Shown: in pieces, positions 59,669 through 64,000 of the stretch
How positions within the stretch are numbered: position 1 is the stretch's first letter
How the letters are laid out: each line of letters opens with the position of its first letter
NCBI GenBank assembly: GCA_964291655.2
Contig: OZ219802.1
Span: 2,144,001 to 2,208,000, forward strand
Direction of reading: 5' to 3'
DNA: 64,000 nucleotides
DNA from: Chloroflexota bacterium
Lineage (GTDB): Bacteria > Chloroflexota > UBA11872 > VXOZ01
Notes under the pieces: generated by a model
Told to the model about the DNA's origin: nothing
Seen by the model: the letters and a program-made list of their open reading frames with translations, nothing else
The model's database searches: none
Position numbers and translations under genes: made by a program

Positions 59669-60455
59669 GCGCGCGGATCAACGACCCCATGTAAATCCCC
59701 AAATTTGGGACGGGACTAGCACGGACGTCCAGTCCAAGGCACCATCCAGGCCGGCAAGCAGATCATCCTCTCTTCCTGGAAGACTCCCGTAGCGTGGGGC
59801 AAAAGAGTTTTCGGCGTTGAGGGGCTGTATGTAGCCTGACCATGCTCGCTACGGCGGAGAAGTGCGCGGCTATCCGATCCACTCTCACCGGTCTTGGTGA
59901 GCCTGCACATGGTTCCTGCACGTAGTTGAAACCGGAAGAGCAAGGATTCACCCAGCCCGGCCATTTCCCTAACGAAAGGGAGTCCGTCTCCCCTGCCGGC
60001 GCCGGCTGCGTAAAAGTGCCTTTGAGGGGAGAGGTGAACTTGCACCAGCGGTCGCCGCTCGCCAAGGGTTCTCTAATTTTCCCGCAGGTTTCTCGGTTGC
60101 GCTGTAGGACGTGGACGGACAGCGTGGACGACCTCGAATACCCTAATGTGGGGCGGCGTGGAGGCGTAGCCTCCTTGCGCTGCGATGCAATCGTGGATAT
60201 AGACCGCCTTGCCGCGACCGGCCCTGCCGCATTGAGCCAGCATCAGTCTGGCAATCTCCCGCCAGTCTTGGTAGGTTAATGTTGTGCGGAGGCCTGAATT
60301 CAGTTGCGGTTAGCAGGAGCGATCATCCCAAGAGATTCGGAGCTATTGTTGCTGGAGCAGCGCCGTCCCAAGTCGTCGCAGCAGCAGTGGGGGAGGAAGC
60401 GCTCAACCCCGCGAATCAGGGCTCAGGCGAGTACCACACACCACATTAATTACGA

Positions 60456-61475
60456 TTGAAGAGAGTCTTAAAAACGACAGCCACCCTTGACCGACCTTCA
60501 AAGCGACCGCGTATTGAGCGGCAAGACACTGTGTCAGAAGCCGCGCGCAAGGTCCTCTGCTTTCACTTCAGCCGCATGCTGAAACATGAGGCAGGGACGA
60601 TTGACGGCAGTGACGTCGCAGAATTGCACGACATGCGCGTTGCCGTGCGCCGGATGCGCGCGGCTGTGAGGCTGTTTCGTCCCTACCTCCCGAAGAAGCA
60701 GGCTGCTTACCTACGCAAGGACCTGCGTCGCCTCGGTCGCGCCCTGGGGCCTGCACGCGACTATGACGTCATGCTTGCCAACTTGGAGGTCTACAGAGCG
60801 GACTTGCCGGCGCAAGAGAAGGAGGCGATCGGTCTTGTAGTGCGACGCTGGCAGAAGCAGCGCGCGCGGGCACGGAAGGCCATGCTCGCATACCTGGCAA
60901 GTAAACGCTATGGGTTGCTGAAGCAAAGGGTACGCGCTTTCCTGGATGGCGATCCCCCAGCGGCTGCGCGAAACGTAGACGGCAACGGAGTGTTGCCTGC
61001 GGCAACTCCTCTACAAGAACCCCTTGTTGAAAGTGAAATCCCGAGCCTACTCGCCAGCCGCTATGAAAAGCTGCTCGCCTACGGCCCTTCGCTGCACGGG
61101 GCTTCGGTAGCGACGCTGCATGCGCTGCGCATCGACTGTAAACGCCTGCGGTATGCCCTGGAGTTTTTTCGCGAGTCCCTTCCCCCTCAGGCGGCTGCCG
61201 CCATCGAAGACATTACGCGGGCCCAAGACCACCTTGGCGTCATTCAGGATGCCTACGTCGCCGGGAGAGTCCTGCGCAAGCTCCTGGAGAAGTGGCAGCA
61301 CGCGCATGACGACACGCGTTACCCAGCCGCGGCGAGGGAAGCGCTTTGTGGGTACTTGGCACACTGCGACGATCAGGTGCGAACGAACGCCCATGCGTTC
61401 CCGGTAATCTGGGAGAATCTTACCGGGCTCGAATTCCGTCAGCGCCTGCACGTGATCGCGACCACGTTTCCCTGA
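60456..61475 (+). CDS. CHAD-domain polyphosphate-binding protein
   Basis: LHDMRVAVRRMR, LG.ARDYDV, LHALRIDCKRLRY..E, QDHLG.IQD. Confidence 0.92.
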   Translation: MKRVLKTTATLDRPSKRPRIERQDTVSEAARKVLCFHFSRMLKHEAGTIDGSDVAELHDMRVAVRRMRAAVRLFRPYLPKKQAAYLRKDLRRLGRALGPARDYDVMLANLEVYRADLPAQEKEAIGLVVRRWQKQRARARKAMLAYLASKRYGLLKQRVRAFLDGDPPAAARNVDGNGVLPAATPLQEPLVESEIPSLLASRYEKLLAYGPSLHGASVATLHALRIDCKRLRYALEFFRESLPPQAAAAIEDITRAQDHLGVIQDAYVAGRVLRKLLEKWQHAHDDTRYPAAAREALCGYLAHCDDQVRTNAHAFPVIWENLTGLEFRQRLHVIATTFP

Positions 61476-61654
61476 GGCTACTCTTGAGTGAGTCTGACGG
61501 ACACGAGGAACTGGGCTGTGATGGTGAAGACTTCCCCTCACCCCGGTCCTCTTCCCAGGGAGAGGAAGTCTTTTCGCCTGCGGCATTTGGTTGTGAAAGG
61601 TTCCCCAGAGGCCGGGTGGCGGCGGGGCACGTGGAGTTTTAACGAGGAGCATAC

Positions 61655-63307
61655 ATGACCGGAGAACGCGTGGCCGTCATTGATATTGGCTCTAATTCAG
61701 CGCGCTTGGCGCTGTTGGAAGTGTATGAAGACCGCGCGTTCAAGCTCGTAGATGAGTTGCGCGAAACGCTGCGGTTGGGCGAACAGCTCGATGCAGACGG
61801 CTACCTTACTCCAGAAGCAGTGCAACGCACGTTGGAAATCTCGCGCGTCTTAGCCCGCTTCTGCACGGCCCATCGTGTCACGCACGTCATTGGAGTTGCT
61901 ACCAGCGCCCTGCGGCGCGCCCGCAACGGGCCGGAAATCGTTGACCGCATCCAAGCTGAGACCGGACTGCGCGTCAACATTATTTCCGGCGACCATGAGG
62001 CGCATTTTGATTACGTGGCGGCGGTTAACAGTTCCGCGGCGGCGGACAGTGTGGTTGTCGACGTAGGCGGTGGCAGTGCACAAATTGTACGCGCCCGCGC
62101 CCGCGCCGCCACGCACAAGACAAGCCTACCGCTCGGCTCCATCACGCTTACTACCGCTTTTCTGAATCGCAACAAGCCGACAAACAAGCAACTCCGCGCC
62201 TTGGAGAAACACGTCGGGATCAATCTCAGGGCAATCTCTTGGCTCCACGGGCAAGGTGACGACACGGCGCACTCGTCCAATGGCGACGCTGCAGACGTGC
62301 GTACCCCGCGCCGGGCCGCCGCGCTCTCGCAGAACGGCCGGCCGGTCTTAATCGGCATCGGCGGCACGGTGCGCAACTTGGCCAAGATCTATCGGCGGCA
62401 GACAGGGTATCCGCTCGACCTCCTGCACGGCATGATTCTCCCTATCGGCGCCGTAGAAGAGATCTACGGCATGCTCCGCAAGCTCAACCTCGAGGATCGG
62501 CGCAAAGTCCCGGGCCTCTCCACCAAGCGGGCGGACATCATTGTCGCGGGCGCGGCGGTAGTGTGCGGTCTTGCCAAGGAAATCGGTGCTGCTGCGCTCG
62601 TCATTAGCGGCAGAGGCTTACGGGAAGGCTTGTTTCTGAATCACGTCCTGGGCGGTGACTTAGTGGAGCCGCGCGTGCCCGATCCGGCGCTCTTTGCCAC
62701 AATTAATCTCATGCGGTACTACAACGTTGACGAAACGCACGCGAACCACGTGGCGGACCTTGCGCTCTCCCTCTTCGATCAGCTTGCGCCAGTCCATCGA
62801 TTGGATGGAAGCACGCGTAGGTTGCTGAAAATCGCGGCGCTCCTCCATGACGTGGGGGTCGCCGTGAACTACTATAACCACGACGAGCACGGCTTCTACT
62901 TGCTCACGCGCACGGGCATCGATGGGTTGACCCACCGCGAATTGCTGATCGTTGCTTGCCTTGTGGCCGTGCACAACGGTAACGTGGGCCCGCTAAAGCG
63001 CTGGCCGGAGTACCGCTCGTTGCTAAAAAAGCACGACGTGGCTGCTGTGACAAAGCTCGGCGCAATCCTGCAACTGAGCGAGGCACTGGATCGGAGCGAG
63101 TCGCGACTGGTTGAGGCTGCCGCGTGCAAGATTTCGAATGACCGCCGCAAGATTGTGCTGCGGCTTACGGCAGACCCGGACGCTGTGTGTGAAGTCCGTG
63201 AGACACAGGCAATGCTAAATGACATTGCAGCCGCATTTGGGGTACACTTTAAGCTCGAAGTCTCGCCATCACGTTTGAGACCTGAGGAGACCGAGGCTCT
63301 GTTGTAA
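61655..63307 (+). CDS. ppx: Exopolyphosphatase Ppx/GppA with HD domain
   Basis: IDIGSNS, ATSALR.A.N, DVGGGS, GIGGT.R, RADII, GLREG, AALLHDVG. Confidence 0.93.
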   Translation: MTGERVAVIDIGSNSARLALLEVYEDRAFKLVDELRETLRLGEQLDADGYLTPEAVQRTLEISRVLARFCTAHRVTHVIGVATSALRRARNGPEIVDRIQAETGLRVNIISGDHEAHFDYVAAVNSSAAADSVVVDVGGGSAQIVRARARAATHKTSLPLGSITLTTAFLNRNKPTNKQLRALEKHVGINLRAISWLHGQGDDTAHSSNGDAADVRTPRRAAALSQNGRPVLIGIGGTVRNLAKIYRRQTGYPLDLLHGMILPIGAVEEIYGMLRKLNLEDRRKVPGLSTKRADIIVAGAAVVCGLAKEIGAAALVISGRGLREGLFLNHVLGGDLVEPRVPDPALFATINLMRYYNVDETHANHVADLALSLFDQLAPVHRLDGSTRRLLKIAALLHDVGVAVNYYNHDEHGFYLLTRTGIDGLTHRELLIVACLVAVHNGNVGPLKRWPEYRSLLKKHDVAAVTKLGAILQLSEALDRSESRLVEAAACKISNDRRKIVLRLTADPDAVCEVRETQAMLNDIAAAFGVHFKLEVSPSRLRPEETEALL

Positions 63308-63400
63308 GAAATCGTCCCAGTATCCTGTTTCTATGCCCCAACCCATACTTGATTTGCATATGTGTCATCTGCAGCAATCCAGCAAAGGGAGAGACCAAAA

Positions 63401-64000
63401 GTGGCACTGAAGAAAATTCGTGGCTTAGGCCTCAACAAGCAGTACCCCGGCCGCTTAATTGTCGTGGAGGGATGCGACGGCTCCGGCAAGAGCACCCAAC
63501 TCCACCTCTTGCGCGTCTGGCTGCAGTCACAGGGGTACCCGGTCGTCTTTACCGAGTGGAATTCGTCGGCAATCGTTAAGCAGGCGACGCGACGGGCGAA
63601 GCGCAAGGAATTGCTCACGCCCACCACGTTTAGCCTCATCCACGCCTGTGACTTTGCCGATCGCTACGAGAAAGTCATCCTCCCGCCCCTCCACGCCGGG
63701 TGCATCGTGCTGGCCGACCGGTACGTCTACACCGCGTATGCGCGGGACGTGGCGCGCGGCTGCGATCTACAATGGGTGCGCAACACCTACCGCTTTGCCG
63801 TACAGCCGACCATCGCCTTCTATTTCCATGCGCCGTTGGAGGTCTCGATTTCGCGCATCCTCTTCGGCCGTCCGTCGTTGAAATACTATGAAGCCGGCAT
63901 GGACACCGGCCTCTCCCTGGATCCGGTGGAGAGCTTCAAGCTATTCCAGGGCAGAATCAAAGAACAATACGACAAGATGGCGCGCAGTGAGCAATTCGAG
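63401..64000 (+). CDS. Thymidylate-kinase-like protein (partial; runs off the window end)
   Basis: From GTG 63401: GRLIVVEGCDGSGKSTQ...TEWNSS...TTFSLIHACDFADR...LADRYVYTAYARD; absent from the ORF track because there is no stop codon. Confidence 0.9.
   Translation, partial: MALKKIRGLGLNKQYPGRLIVVEGCDGSGKSTQLHLLRVWLQSQGYPVVFTEWNSSAIVKQATRRAKRKELLTPTTFSLIHACDFADRYEKVILPPLHAGCIVLADRYVYTAYARDVARGCDLQWVRNTYRFAVQPTIAFYFHAPLEVSISRILFGRPSLKYYEAGMDTGLSLDPVESFKLFQGRIKEQYDKMARSEQFE

Overview
GC-rich bacterial chromosomal segment. A Chloroflexota-like origin is an inference from the Tat-lipoprotein solute-binding proteins and the REP families. Housekeeping genes: murJ, purE-purK, rplY, mnmG, thiE, a stand-alone N-terminal PurH domain, citrate synthase, a class A PBP, a GalU-like nucleotidyltransferase with a GHMP kinase, and a CHAD-ppx-thymidylate-kinase-like cluster. 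These are mixed with many catabolic enzymes, an ABC-2 exporter and candidate defence genes (OLD-like ATPase-TOPRIM, PD-(D/E)XK nuclease, putative toxin-antitoxin pair). Intergenic DNA is packed with nested REP-like palindromes, one complete IS481 element and three MITE families that sit inside REP hairpins. Two observations stand out. (1) A Soj/ParA ATPase is translationally coupled to an FtsZ that occupies the usual parB position and has a basic N-terminal extension. (2) A ~1.9 kb stretch with no credible gene (18.7-20.6 kb) near mnmG carries three degenerate promoter-like/parS-like direct repeats with downstream hairpins and a 4x21-bp palindromic array, next to a DUF3105 pseudogene not shown in the ORF track. 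No rRNA, tRNA or CRISPR array was seen.
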